Assembly (NCBI GenBank): GCA_000165425.1
Contig: CT868430.1
Span: 186,001 to 250,000 of the forward strand
Direction: 5' to 3'
Length of the DNA stretch: 64,000 bases
Origin: Paramecium tetraurelia
Lineage: Eukaryota
A program made the translations under genes and the position numbers. Position 1 is the stretch's first letter, and each line of letters starts with the position of its first letter. Shown one piece after another: positions 26,084-39,271 of the stretch. Below the pieces are notes generated by a model that was given only the letters and a program-made list of their open reading frames with translations, made no database searches and had not been told where the DNA came from.

Positions 26084-26785
26084 TATTGAAATACACATAA
26101 TTTTGTAATAATTGGTAAATTTTTAATGGCAATTCAAAATTATATATTCTCTCCTTTCTTACATTACATCTATTTAATCGTATTTTTAGCAAGATTTTAT
26201 AATTAAAAACAAAACCAAATTTTTTTAATTAAAGTAAATAACCAGATTAATGAAAAATAGATTTGAAACAAATAGAACTAATTTGATTATCTACTTCTAT
26301 AGAGAACACTACCTTAATTTCTGATATAGTATTAATGCCATTAAAATAGGTAACATAATAATCTCTGATAATATAATAATGCATGAAATATATTGATTAA
26401 GTATTAATATAATAGTTTATTAAATCAATCCTTAACTCTATTTGAGTTTTAATGTAATGGTTTAACAGCGAAAAAGACATTTGATTAATAATTCAATATA
26501 GAAGAAAATAGATAGAATTATCCAACTCATGATGAAAATCTGAATTACTTTAATATTTGAAATATATAAGTAAAAATTATGTATTTATATATTATTTTTA
26601 TTATGGAATTCATTTCAGTAAATAAATTACAAATATAATAGCAAATTTCGGCTATTTTTCATAATTCTTATTCGTATATTCATGATAAAGAGATTACTCA
26701 TTATATCAATTAAATATAATTGTTACATCGAAATAGCCAGTCAATTGCATGGCGATCATCATTAAGGAAATAAGAATTAAAAAAA

Positions 26786-28369
26786 TGATAGGAACAATGA
26801 ATGGATTGCTTATGAATTTGCTTCTTATTGTTGATAAAGGTAGATCAGCTTCAATAAATGATTTATGTAACTGGAGCAATTCAATGTAACCTTGGGTTTC
26901 TTCTTATTTGTCTATAAGTGGCAAATTTTCGTCATTCATATTTTATTTAATGAAATTAAAAACTTAATTAAGAATTTACTTAAACTCCCATGAAACTTAT
27001 CCTTATATTAGAGATATCAAACTGAGAGTACCTTTTGGTGATAAGTAAAATTTATTAGTGAAAAATAATCTATAGTAAACTAGTGCTATAATGTTTGGCC
27101 AATTTCCTAATTGACAATGAAGAATCGCTTATTTTTAGAATGTCGGCATTTAAGGTAAGAATTCTAAATAATCTCTTTATTAGTTCAATAAAGAGTTGGC
27201 TGAAACATTTGACTAGAATTACATTCATTTGATGTAAAAAATAGTTCTGCCAAAACTGGAAAAGATTGCTCTGTTTTAAGTGGAATCTAAAGACTTATAT
27301 AGAGGCAAACCAGTAATTTTTAGGAAATCAGAAACCCCTCTAAGTATGCAGAGTACTGAAGTAGTTAAGGTAACAAGGAGTTGCAGACGATAAGTGATCA
27401 ATTTTTTAGTGCAACTCTAGAATACATCACAATTTTAGGGAGGTTGTTTCCTTTAGACAATATCTATCATAGATTAATTCTTTATCGTGTTGCTTATGAA
27501 AGATTATTCAACTTATTTGTGCAATTTCCTGAAATTCAATATTTTGATCATAATTTAAATTCATACAATTTACCTCCAGCTTTTCCTCCTTAGTCTATGA
27601 TGATACAATTAAAAGCATTTTAAGTTAGAATGCTCAATTCAAAAGAGAGATCTGTCTATAGTTAGAATCTCATCTTCCTGAGGAATATCATTAGACTAAA
27701 TATTCATCTTATGCTGAATTACTTTAGACCATTGTCAAAAAATATATTATCAAAAACAAAAATATGCTAAATTAGCCAATATTTTTCTTGAGCATGGATC
27801 CAAATAATAAGAAGGGAGAAAAATAGAAGAGCGAGCAGGTAAGTTAATCCTTTTTTATTAATATAAACAAGATTTCAAAATTCCATATCTAATTTATTAT
27901 CAGAATTCGAATTTATTAGCTAATCTGACATATTAATAAACGTATTGGCTTAAGCACAATCTAATGACGAGGAGGAGTTTGAAATGATGATATCATGTGC
28001 AAAAAGTGTGATATAAATTAAAATGAATAGTTTTTATAATTTAGTTTGTAAAAATTGTATTTCCACTTGTTAAGGGTTGTTTTGAAAAGATGATTGATAT
28101 TTATTAAAGTTAATGTTTAACCAAGTTATAATTTAATAAGGATAAGAAGTTAAGATACATTCATCATACTTTTACTAAATTTTTTGATTTAATTTTAGTA
28201 ATCATTTGTGTGTATTCAATTATTTCAGTATTAAATGAAATGTTTCATACTAAATACAATTGGGTTAATCTGTAATTCTAATCTAAGTATTCTCAAGAAG
28301 TATAAGATACTGTGGATTTTATTTATTAATATTTTTATTACTTCATTCTATTTGGCCAATAGAAATTAT
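26786..28369 (+). CDS. Hypothetical protein, possibly partly degraded
   Basis: Coding-like exons with short GT..AG introns from about 26790 to 27600. The downstream frame and both ends are uncertain. Confidence 0.4.
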
Positions 28370-28917
28370 GAATATTGTAGGAATATTTTAGATTGTAGAG
28401 TTTTCATTTCATTATTTCAGACACTTATATTTTTGGTTCTAAAGATTATTTTATAAGCTCGTCATTATCAATTAAAAATAGAATTCATAATTTTTAGACT
28501 AAGAAATATTAATATTTTTTAATTGAATTCGATAATGAAATATGTCATCGAAATTTAATGAAAACCTAAAAAAGTTAATGATGGTAGAATATCTCTGGAT
28601 TGGGAATGATAATGATTGCAATTGATAAACTTCTTCTTAAAAATCATTAAATAACTTTCTTTCAAACATTTGAAATTTTAAATTGTATTACATTTGAGAA
28701 TATCAGAAATTCGAATTCTAACAAAATGTTTAAGTTTCTCTTGTTTTGTAACTAATATTTTATAATCTTGAAATTCTTTCACATGATAGAAAAAAATGGA
28801 TTATTTAAATCATGCTTATAAAAATGATTATTTTGATTGGAACTAACTTCATAGCTCTTGGAAATATAATTTTTTTTTCGATGGGTGAGATTAATTCATT
28901 GATTTTAATTAAATATA

Positions 28918-29214
28918 TCATCCTATAATTGAATTCTCATTGTTTAAATAAAATTGAGGGTTGAAAGTGACATCTTGATTAATACAGATATTCTCATCAA
29001 GTAAAGCTTCTGGTTCATATGGATCAGTGTAAAGGATTTCTTCAATGAAAAAACATTCGTTTTCATTCAGGCACATTTTCTTTTGAAGTTAGCATTCAAG
29101 ATCTTTTAAATCTTCTTCTTAGGATTCAGTTCTCATCACAATGCCTTCGCGACATCCTTATTAAGATTTCCTGTTTCCCGTCTTGAAGTACTTTCTTGCA
29201 TCAATGTTATCCAT
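28918..29214 (-). CDS. Small acidic hypothetical protein (98 aa)
   Basis: Intronless ATG-to-TGA frame MDNIDARKYFKTGNRK..., with higher GC than its flanks. Confidence 0.6.
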
Positions 29215-29515
29215 GCTTGTACTCAGTTAAATTAATTTAATATAAATTTATGGATAAATTCTGAGCTTAATAATCTTTAAGAATGTTAATGCTAAAAGAT
29301 ATGATATTTAAAAGTACGCAAGATTACCCTAAGATTAACAAACCCCTCCATAAAATTATGGGCTATAATAAATTTTGTATTTTTACAATTTTGAAGTCAA
29401 TTGAAATGAGAATGAAATTTAATTGTTTGGAGCATCTAAGCAGTTTTATAATTTGTGTTGAAGCTAATATTATTTAAGAATGAACAAATGTTAGAATAAA
29501 AATAATATATAATTA

Positions 29516-31199
29516 ATGAATTAATTGTTAAATAATTTAAAGTTTCATAAGCCATTTTTTAAGTTAAACACAGCATAGATTGAAATACTTAAAGATCCTG
29601 TGGACTTTTATGTGAATTTACACAAGGGAATAAAGAATGCTTAAAAGAGAATAGTATGGAGTACTTTATATATTGGAAATGGAAATATGGAAGAATTTTT
29701 AATAGAGAGTTTGTCTAATCAATAAAGGAGATTTGAATAATTAAGGATTTCATTATTAATGGACTATTATAGAGGGACAAGAAGAGATAAGAAAGATCAC
29801 ACTACACCATTGGATCATTATCTTTATTTGAGAATGCAAAATTTATACGCCCAAAATATGAAACTTGGATTAATGAGACATCCTTTCCTCCCTTAACTTG
29901 CTAATATGTTCGAAGAATCTGCATCAAGAGAGATTTTCAATGTTCACCATATGAAGTGGTATATCTTTGATAATCGAGTAATTTTGACCGGAGGTAATTT
30001 ATAATTAAATGTCTAGCTAATTTATAGGAACAATACTTTATTAATAGGCAAGATAGATACATGGTATTTCATGAAGCTAATGAGATTGCAGATTATTTAG
30101 ATGATGCTTAATCTGCATTGTTATAACATGCGTATTATGTTGACTTTGATTCTAATTCCAAATTTGATCCTTTAAGAGCTCAACCTTTTAAAAGATAATA
30201 ATATTTTAAAGAATTCCATCAAACTTGGAAGATCTTCAAATTTAGTTACAAAGAAGCAGCCGAAATCAAAAGTGATGATGAAGAATATAAAGAATAATAA
30301 TAAGCTAAAGTTTAAAATAAGGAGGAAGAGAATGATGATACATAATAAGAATAAGAAGAAGAGGAATTATCTTAAGAAGAGATGTTACAATTTTATGAGA
30401 AAGATTTAATAGTAGAGCAAAAGATTTAAGAGAGAAAAGAATAAGCAAAATTAATGTAAATAAAGTATAAATCATAGTGAAGATTAAATAAGAGTTTCAA
30501 TAAGGGAGATGTTCAAAACATCATTAACAGGTTAGAGAAGGCACTTTATAAAGATGAAGAAAGAGAGTTAGATGAGGGAGAGGAATGCACAGTACTAATT
30601 ACTCTACACATCCCATACTTATAAACTGATGAAGATAAGTTAGTTTTTATGAGGATTCTAGAGCATTTAGATTAGTTTACTTGTATTAAATTATATTATA
30701 GTAAGAGGTGACTTGGGCATCTGGATATATGAATTTTACTAAGACTATTATTAATTTTGTGAATAATTGCAAGACTGATATTAAGTTTGTTACTGCTAGT
30801 CCAGGAGCAAATGGATTTCATAAGGCTGGAAAGGCTAAGTCATTTATTCCACTATTATATCGTAATTTTGAATTGGCTATAAATAAACCAATTTTTGAAT
30901 ACAAAAAAAATGGTTGGACATTTCATACTAAGGGATTTTGGGCTGAACTTTAGGATGGTTCTACAATGACAATTATTGGCAGTTCAAATTATGCTGAAAG
31001 ATCAGAAAAAAGAGATAATGAAATTTAAGCTTATATTTTCACTTAATGTCCTATGTTTAAGTAAGATTTAAAAAAAGAATAAAATTAATTGTTCAACTAT
31101 GCTGAAAAAATAACAAAAGAAGAAATACTCAATGATCCTGAAATCAAAATCAATTGGAAAATTAAATTATTGTCTAAAATATTTAAATCAATGATGTGA
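29516..31199 (+). CDS. PGS1: Phosphatidylglycerophosphate synthase (PLD family)
   Basis: RIVWSTLYIG, LMDYYRGTR, HHMKWYIFDNRVILTGANL, RQDRY, GWTFHTKGFW, IGSSNYAERS. Two 23-nt introns. Confidence 0.9.
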
Positions 31200-31237
31200 T
31201 CTATTAATAAATAAATGGAAAACATATATTAATTATT

Positions 31238-32371
31238 TCAATCTAACTAAAATTTCAATTTTTTTTAAGGGGTCTTACTTTTGCTTTTAATTATACTTGA
31301 GTTAGTAGAGGTTTTTGTTTACTAGCCAAATATTTGAGGTGGAAGTGGTTTCTTCATCATTTGTGATTCATGAGTGCTCATAGCTTTTGTTTATCGAGTA
31401 AGATTTTCGTCAGGCAATAATAAATCATCATCTTCTATTTGCTTAACTATCTTATTCAATTCTTCATAGAGTTCTTGATCAAAATCAACATAATGTGCAT
31501 ATTGTACATCCATAACCTGACTCCAACATGAGTAGATCCTAATAAAGATGTTATCTGATTAATAAGGGACGAATGTATGTTATTTGTTAATTTATTCATT
31601 GGTTCCACAATAGTAAATTCTGTTACCTTTTAATAAAGTGGAAGATTCTGTGCCAGCAGCTATGTCTTAGACATTGGTCATAACAAGCTATGGCCATTAT
31701 TACTACTTCAATGATCCGTTGCCAATTTAACCAGACTTACCTTCACCCCAAATGTATAGTTATCCTTCTTATGAGAGACACATAACATGTTATAAGCCAC
31801 AAGAAATTTTGGTTGCCTTCACTTCAAAGATTTATTAAAAAGGAAACTTACCAGCAATAGTAATATTATTTTTTGTTTAAATTCCCAAGAATTCATTACT
31901 ACTTTAAACATCTTCTATATTTTATTTGAGTTTATTTTATTTCTCATCCAACAATTGATTATCACCCGTAAGGAGTATTAAGGCATTTTAAAAGTTTCTA
32001 ATTGCTTTGATATTGTTAAAAAGTATCTGTTTATCATTCGATTTATAAACCTTTTTATCCTTGTCTAAAATGAAACATCTTGAATCTATCGTGATTGTAT
32101 CTAGGATATCTGATTTTTCCTATTTAAAAGTGAATGATTTATCGATAACTCCCCAAGAATATATATTTTTGCCTTTGATAATTGATACTTTGTCATTGGA
32201 AATAGCAATATGAGATTTCAATTTATCAGCATGTATGATTTCCGAAAACTTTTGACACCAATCATATTTGTCAAAATTAATGTTTGGATTATGCTAGATT
32301 AATTTAATAGACAATAATTCTGTCTAAATTTCAATTTTGGGTACTCGACTTTAACTATTTCTTTTCATCAT
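31238..32371 (-). CDS. RCC1-repeat protein
   Basis: Intronless 378 codons; ISCGLQHVMCL, LYIWGEGKSGQIGNG, IAAGTESSTF. Confidence 0.8.
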
Positions 32372-32444
32372 GATTGAATCAGTTATTAATTTAAATTAAA
32401 ATTTATGTTAAATTTTATATATATAAAGTTTGTATTTAACAAAA

Positions 32445-34133
32445 TCAAAGTTGGTGAAACAAATAAAACTTTACACTATAATTACTTTCATCTTAATAGA
32501 TTTATAATTAAGAGTAGGGGCTTATTAATTTTAGAATCTTATTCACAACCAAATGTCCCATTCTTAATTACTTACTTTCACTATTATTTTTTTGAAGGTT
32601 TAACTCTATAGTATTTGCAAATTTAACTTCAATTATTTAATGATTAATATTGCTGTCATAATTTGAATTGATTTCAATCTTTATCTTGTCTTTTGCAAAC
32701 TGAATGGCATTCTCGATGACGTTGTAAAGCAATTGTCTAATTAGAATTTCATTTTCTTCCACCATAATATCAGATTTTGCTCTTATGGATACTTAAATAG
32801 ATTTGAATTGTAAGGAGTGTTTGAAATGGAATACAATCTATTGAATAAGGCCTATTAGATTGTGTTGTTTTTTGGTTGTGAAGTGTAAATGTTAAGAATT
32901 AAACAAGATTTTGCAATTGGCAAAGAAGATATTGAGCGAAAAGAGTTCTTGAGCTAATTTGTTTATGATTTCGGTCAAATTGTTTTACTTTAAATTTCTA
33001 TATAACAGAGATATGCATTCTTATTGAGTACTGATTTTCTGAGAATTCTCTTTGACGCATCTCTTCAATAATTGATTTAAAACGACCATTTTCTCATTGG
33101 TTTTTATGATAAAATCATCGTAAGTTTTTTGAAGATATATTACACACAATGGTTGATCTTCATGTATCAAAATGAGTTGGCACAAATACTCTTAGGATAA
33201 GTGTTTAACTCTGCATCTATAAGCCTAAAAGGTTTTATGAAGTATGGAATCTTCTCCCACCTGTTTTTTAAAAAATCTATGGATCAATTATTCAAGGTTC
33301 TATTTTCCTGAGAACTACAGAGTTGAGGACTATTTTGTTAATATTGAAGTGGTTTTGCCTTCTAAAATGATGACTTCTCTTGTGAATTTGATAAAACTGT
33401 TTTGATCAGTGATTCTAAGGGTATTCTAAGCGCATTTATTACATTCGGAATAAATCAATTTGAGATCGTTTTCGTTACTGAAACATTTGAGAATGGGAAT
33501 TTCAATTTGATTCAATAAATTCTCCTTTATTTTTTGGGCATTTTAATGGAGAGTGTACTTTTATCTCTTCTCGAATTCTTGGTAATATGTCACTTGAAAG
33601 GCAAACAATAGGGAGAAGAATGCGAATCCGATCCAAACTAGACTTACAGTTTCAATAAGTAAACTAAGTACTAATTAAATCAAGGTTGAATAGAGACTCA
33701 CTAGAAGCTTCAGAGTGCACTTGGTACCTATGGATAAGCTAGAGAGTTTTATATATCAAATTTACCACACTGACATTTGAAATGCAGCAGTGGTGATTAT
33801 CATAATGGTGCCTCGGTGCAAAGAGTTGTCCAATAAAGTAATTAGGGTAGCTAACAGTGTTTAAATTTCGATCTGATATACCAGAGCAACTATATTGAGA
33901 TATTAAATGGATTTTTTGGAAAGCAAAATTGCTATAATTGTCTAAATGAACATGTAGCTACCCAAGGTAATATATAAATAGTTCCCAATTATGAGAAAAT
34001 ATATAGACCCTGAAAAAGACCCAAGCAACATACTGTAGAGAAGTCTTCTAAATAAATTAAAGTCTATCTTGTGGGAGTAAAGTCCATAATTAAGTTCTTC
34101 CTGAGGATCTTTGAAGGTCAAAGTGATATCCAT
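32445..34133 (-). CDS. Membrane protein with degenerate histidine-kinase-like ATPase domain
   Basis: Intronless 563 codons; N-terminal TM helices; C-terminal N-box-like IRQLLYNVIENAIQF. No H-box or G-boxes seen. Confidence 0.7.
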
Positions 34134-34276
34134 TTCTAATTGATTTATTTATTAATTAATATCATCTAATTGAACTCGTGAATAATATATTGATTTAATT
34201 TATAATATTATTGCTATTCATTTTGTCTTAGCAACATTTAGTTTTTGAGTGTTAATTTTATTGAATTATTATTAAA

Positions 34277-36959
34277 ATGCAGAAATATAAATCAATTAAG
34301 ACTTGGGAAAGAATCAACAAGATCAAGACACCCCATCCCAAATACGAATATGATAATTATAAAGAAATCGATCAAAAATTCAAGCAATTCGAAGACAATG
34401 GCGATCCTGAAATTAGCAGTCCCACATCTCTATTTGGAACGATCCTTATATAAACGGCAGTCCAAGGATTATAAATGACTAACCTGTTGCAACATTAGAG
34501 TTAACCATTAAATCGAATGAGTTAGAGGTTCTTATTTCTCCTTACTCTCTTTTAGCATTTTGAAGGCATTTGACATTAATCCTACCAACTTAAACCAGCT
34601 AAAGACTTCGCAAGAGAGACAGTAATTAATCCTAATTAAGCAAGCGAATACATTAAGCACCAAATGAACAGTACCATTGATACATTACTCAAGAATTGGT
34701 CGGACAAGATATTTCTAAAAGAATAGAAATGCAAAGAAGTTGATTTGCAAATGAAGAAGGAGAAATTAAATAATTAAACTAAGAGACATTTCAAATGGTT
34801 GTAATTAAAAACAAAATATGAACAATTGAAAAATAAGTTACGATAAATAGTAGTTGATAAATTGAATGATTACGAGAATCAATAATTAGCCCTCAAGTCT
34901 TAGAACTAGCCTCTCATGCTCAAAAACGTTTAAGTCATTACCACTCGAAATATCTTCGAAAACATGGAGAAATATGGTCATTCCAATGAGTTTCACTTTC
35001 TAAAATCCTTGGGGTAAGATAGATTGAAATAAATCAAAGAAAAGCAAAATAAAAACTCAAATCTGCAGAATGATGAAACCAACAAGCAAGACAGCACTAA
35101 ACACTCGCTATATGAAGTGGCTTGGGATAATTAATAAGAATAAATCTTTACAAAATAAAGAAGCCAAACAAAATAACTATTTACGTATTTGTATTAGTTT
35201 ATATAGAAACGAAATTGCTTGTTCGAATTGGAATGATTTAGGATTTCTGCCCATTTTGCAATAAATGACCTTGAATGAAAAGAAGAAATAATAAAGAGAA
35301 CACATCCTTAACAAATACACAGATGGCGAATTCCTTACGGCTTAAGAACTTCAATTTCTAGCAAATACGAGTGAACTATTAAATGCTTGTCTGGATCGGG
35401 ATTTCTTTTAGAGAGCTGCAAATTAGGTTAATCCTGATCTCCTTTTTAATATGGAATTATCCTTAGCTGAATAAATATTAAACGACTATGAGGAAATGAA
35501 AGCAGCAACTATGAAGGCTAGATTATCGTACATAAGGGTTAAGATCTAAAAGACTAAGGAGAAACTAGTCAAAAGAGAACAACTCTTATTGAAATAATCA
35601 ATAGATGCCTATAACATGGAATTAAATAGAAAATATATTAAAGTTTGCAAGACTGTTGTAAAACACATGGAAAGAACCGGTAAATTTGAAGAAAAGATAC
35701 CGAGTGAAATTCCAGGAGCAACATAGCTCAAAGATTATTTGATGGGTAAAATTACTGAAAAGCAATTCATCAATAAATTATATGATTATGTTCTTGAAAA
35801 AGAGAGAAGAAAATAATACATAGATTTTAGTGAGGATGACAATTAATACAATTATTCTTCTCAGTAATAGTTCAAAAGTTAAAAACAACTTTAGCCTTAG
35901 AGTCCGAGGGGAGCTTCGGTCAAAAATAAGAGACAAGAGTATTTAAAGGCAATGGCTAGGCCTAAGAGTACCATAGGAGGACAATTTACATAGAACATAA
36001 AAAGGCATCTTTTTCATCCTTCTACAAAGTTACTCATAGACAAAAAGTTAGAAGCTGAAGAAAATGAATTAGCTTATATAAATCCCATATCTGCCTAATA
36101 TAATAAATATGAATAGGAGAAATTTAAACTTGGATTAAAAAGTCATCCTGCCTTGAGATAAAGGAAGAATTTCAAAAAGTTTTATTCTGGAGGTCCTCCT
36201 ACTTAACCAGAATTAGAACATTGGAAGAGTCCCAATTATTAACCTACTTAAAAGGAAATAAGGGCTGCAATAGTTATTTAGAGAAAATTGAGGTCATTAT
36301 TTAGAGAAAAGAAACTAAGGCAAAAGCTTGAAGAAAGAAGAAAGTAAATCTACTATTTGTTCAAAGACAATTGCGAAAATATGGTTCATCAAATAGAAAC
36401 GGGATAGGATTAATAAGTGTCCTTTTTTTATCTAAATAAATAATTAGAGAGATGCAAAGCAATTGCTAAAGATTAAATAAACTTTGGGAATATCAGAACT
36501 GATGAGAATAGTCGAAAGAACAGTGAAAAGAGAAGTTTCAATCTAAGCACTGGGACTTCAACTCCAACTCCTAAGACTTTCTAAAGTTTAAGATTGCCCT
36601 TACAATAGAACAAGATCAAAGTAGATTATCTTTTTGAAGCAGTCCAAAAGAACAGAATAATGATGATGAAACAATCACATTTTGTGTACTCTGCAAACGA
36701 TGTGAATTCCCAAAATTATGATGGAATCACTCCTCTTCATGTTGCAGTTTTAAAGGGCAATTAGGATTTTGTGGAATGGTAAGATTAACTTTAAGTTTAG
36801 GTTACTCTAAAATGGAGCTGATCCTTACATAATGGACTAATAAAATATAACTCCTATCGATATGGCCAGACATTACAATAAGATGCGAATACAGGTATAT
36901 ATATATTTCAATGTAATAAATAGATAATTAGACTTTTTGAATAATACAAAAAACTTTGA
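34277..36959 (+). CDS. IQ-motif and ankyrin-repeat protein
   Basis: AAIVIQRKLR IQ-like motif; C-terminal DVNSQNYDGITPLHVAVLKGNQDFVEWLLQNGAD ankyrin repeat. Confidence 0.8.
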
Positions 36960-36989
36960 GATGATGTCTGATTTATGAATGTATTTAAA

Positions 36990-37329
36990 TCATATTTTCT
37001 TCAAAGGAACTTTCTTGCCAGCTTTAAGTGATTCAAAGTCATTCTTCAACTCCTCTAATTCATCATCAATCTTAAAGATTTAAGTTTCCAGTTTCTTCTC
37101 CTTATCTCTCTCATTATTTGACTAAGCCCAGTAATAGTGTTACTAAAGAAATAACATAATAACTTACAAGCATTTCTCTCCTCTATTTTCTTAGTGACTC
37201 GTATTTGTCTTCAATTTGATTAAGTGACGATCTTTTCCCGAAGTATGAGGTTGTCTTTTCAATAGTAGTCATTAGCATGTATACAACCACCAATATAAGA
37301 GTGATTCCCAAAAGTGCATAATTCTGCAT
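36990..37329 (-). CDS. Small single-TM coiled-coil protein (104 aa)
   Basis: MQNYALLGITLILVVVYMLM hydrophobic N-terminus; one 25-nt intron; intact frame. Confidence 0.75.
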
Positions 37330-37353
37330 TTTATTTAATTATTAATTATTTAT

Positions 37354-39236
37354 ATGAATCGACTCAGACTCCTCAGGAATTTGACACTACCTAAATTGTT
37401 TACCAGGATCAGTTGTTTGACCTTGCCTTATTTAATCTATCATACCTATCGAAATAGGTCTGTTCATTGTTCCAGTGAAAGTAAATCATAATTCCATATC
37501 ACCTTCCAGTTCGACAAATGAATTAATCAAACTTTGTTCAAAATGTCCTTGGGAATCGCAAAGATTATTTCTTCCTGGTCATCTACAAAGATGAACTCGA
37601 TGGAGGGTATGGCGAAAAAGAAGCCATTGAAGTGGCCAAGAAATTGTAATAAATAGCAGATAAACTATAAATTGATTGTAATTCATTTTATCAAACATAG
37701 GTCATGTTTACACTGTATCCAGGCCCTCTTTGAAATCTATCACTAAATTAGTCAATAGCGTTAAAAATATAAAGATATATGAGGAGGATGAATATTAGAA
37801 AATTGATATATTTTTTAAAACTCCACATTCAGATGATTATGTTTACTTTCCTTTTAAAAAACACAACTTTTATCAAGAAAATAATATAGATAAAATTTTG
37901 TAATACCTATTAATCACAATAGAACACGTGTTTCGAGATTTATTGATATGTACTAAACTGTTACAACAAAGGAATAGTTCGAATCAATTATTTTAGAAAG
38001 CTATTATTAATTAGACTCTCCTGTTTTCATTAAGTCTAATAGCCAAGATTCTAAACTCAAATTATTTAAGAAAACATCCTTCTAATTTTTAGATAAAAAA
38101 ACAGTTGATTAAAACTCCAAATTCCTCATTATAGAAAATAAAGAACTATGCCAAGAATTGAATCTAAAAGATGATGATATTCTATTGTTTAGAAATGACA
38201 TCTTGTAAAAATACTAAAACTGCATTATCAATGAAAAAAATTAAATAATACCCCAATTGATAAATAAATAGCAGGTGGGCAATTTAAAATATGAATCATT
38301 TAATGAATGGAAATAATAAAATAGCAAACTTGAATCAAATACAGTTACTGATAGAAAGTAATAAAAGAACCAATTTACTTTTGAACTTTAATAATTTAGT
38401 TTACCTAGAGTCTTCTATTTGAAGAATAGTAGAAAGTGTAATATAGCAGCATTTATAAGAAAAATTCAAAATCATAAAAACCAAAATGATAAATTAGTGG
38501 TCAGTTTACAATTAGATCCTAAACATTAAAATAGATTAGATGTATATAAAATATTAATATCTTCATTAGAATCATATTAGGATATCTTTATTTTTCAGAC
38601 TTTACGAGAAGTATAAGGACAAATTAGAATTTGTGATATCAGCAACGAATTAATTAGAAGAATTGTTGCCTCACTTAAACAAATTTTAAAGCAGATTTGT
38701 TCTCTTTAATATTTTTAATTCTATATCTTATTCAAGATAGTTATTTCCACAAACGGCCAAACTGTATGAAAAGTATTTCCTAAAAGACATATAATTCGTA
38801 GAACGATTCGAGGTAATTGATTAACAATTAAATAATCTTCTCCAATAATCTTCTGAGGAGAGAATACATAATATTGATTACTTATCTCAGGATCTTGATA
38901 AGATTTAAGAAATCAACTTAGATTATTTTAATTTCCTTAATAGCAATTAAAACAATAGAAAGCAAATCATTTTATACTATTAGAATGATGCCATGACAGA
39001 TGTATTACTTACTATTTTGAAGGACATAAAAACAAAGTATTTATTTTTATAATAAATTCAGTTTAAACATATATACGATATCTAGTTTAAATTAGATTCC
39101 AGCACTCTATTCAAATTTTCCAAATTAAAATGTGTTGATATTAAATGGCACAGCTATAGGGTTTCCAAAGACCACTGATACAAATTTAAATGATTTAAGA
39201 GTTGAAATAGAGAAGTTTATGAAATAATATTTATGA
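37354..39236 (+). CDS. Hypothetical protein with mitochondrial-presequence-like N-terminus
   Basis: MNRLRLLRNLTLPKLFTRISC is Arg-rich and acid-free. Long ciliate-code frame with short introns. Confidence 0.6.
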
Positions 39237-39271
39237 TTTCAAATTATCTATAAATATATAATTTATTTTTA

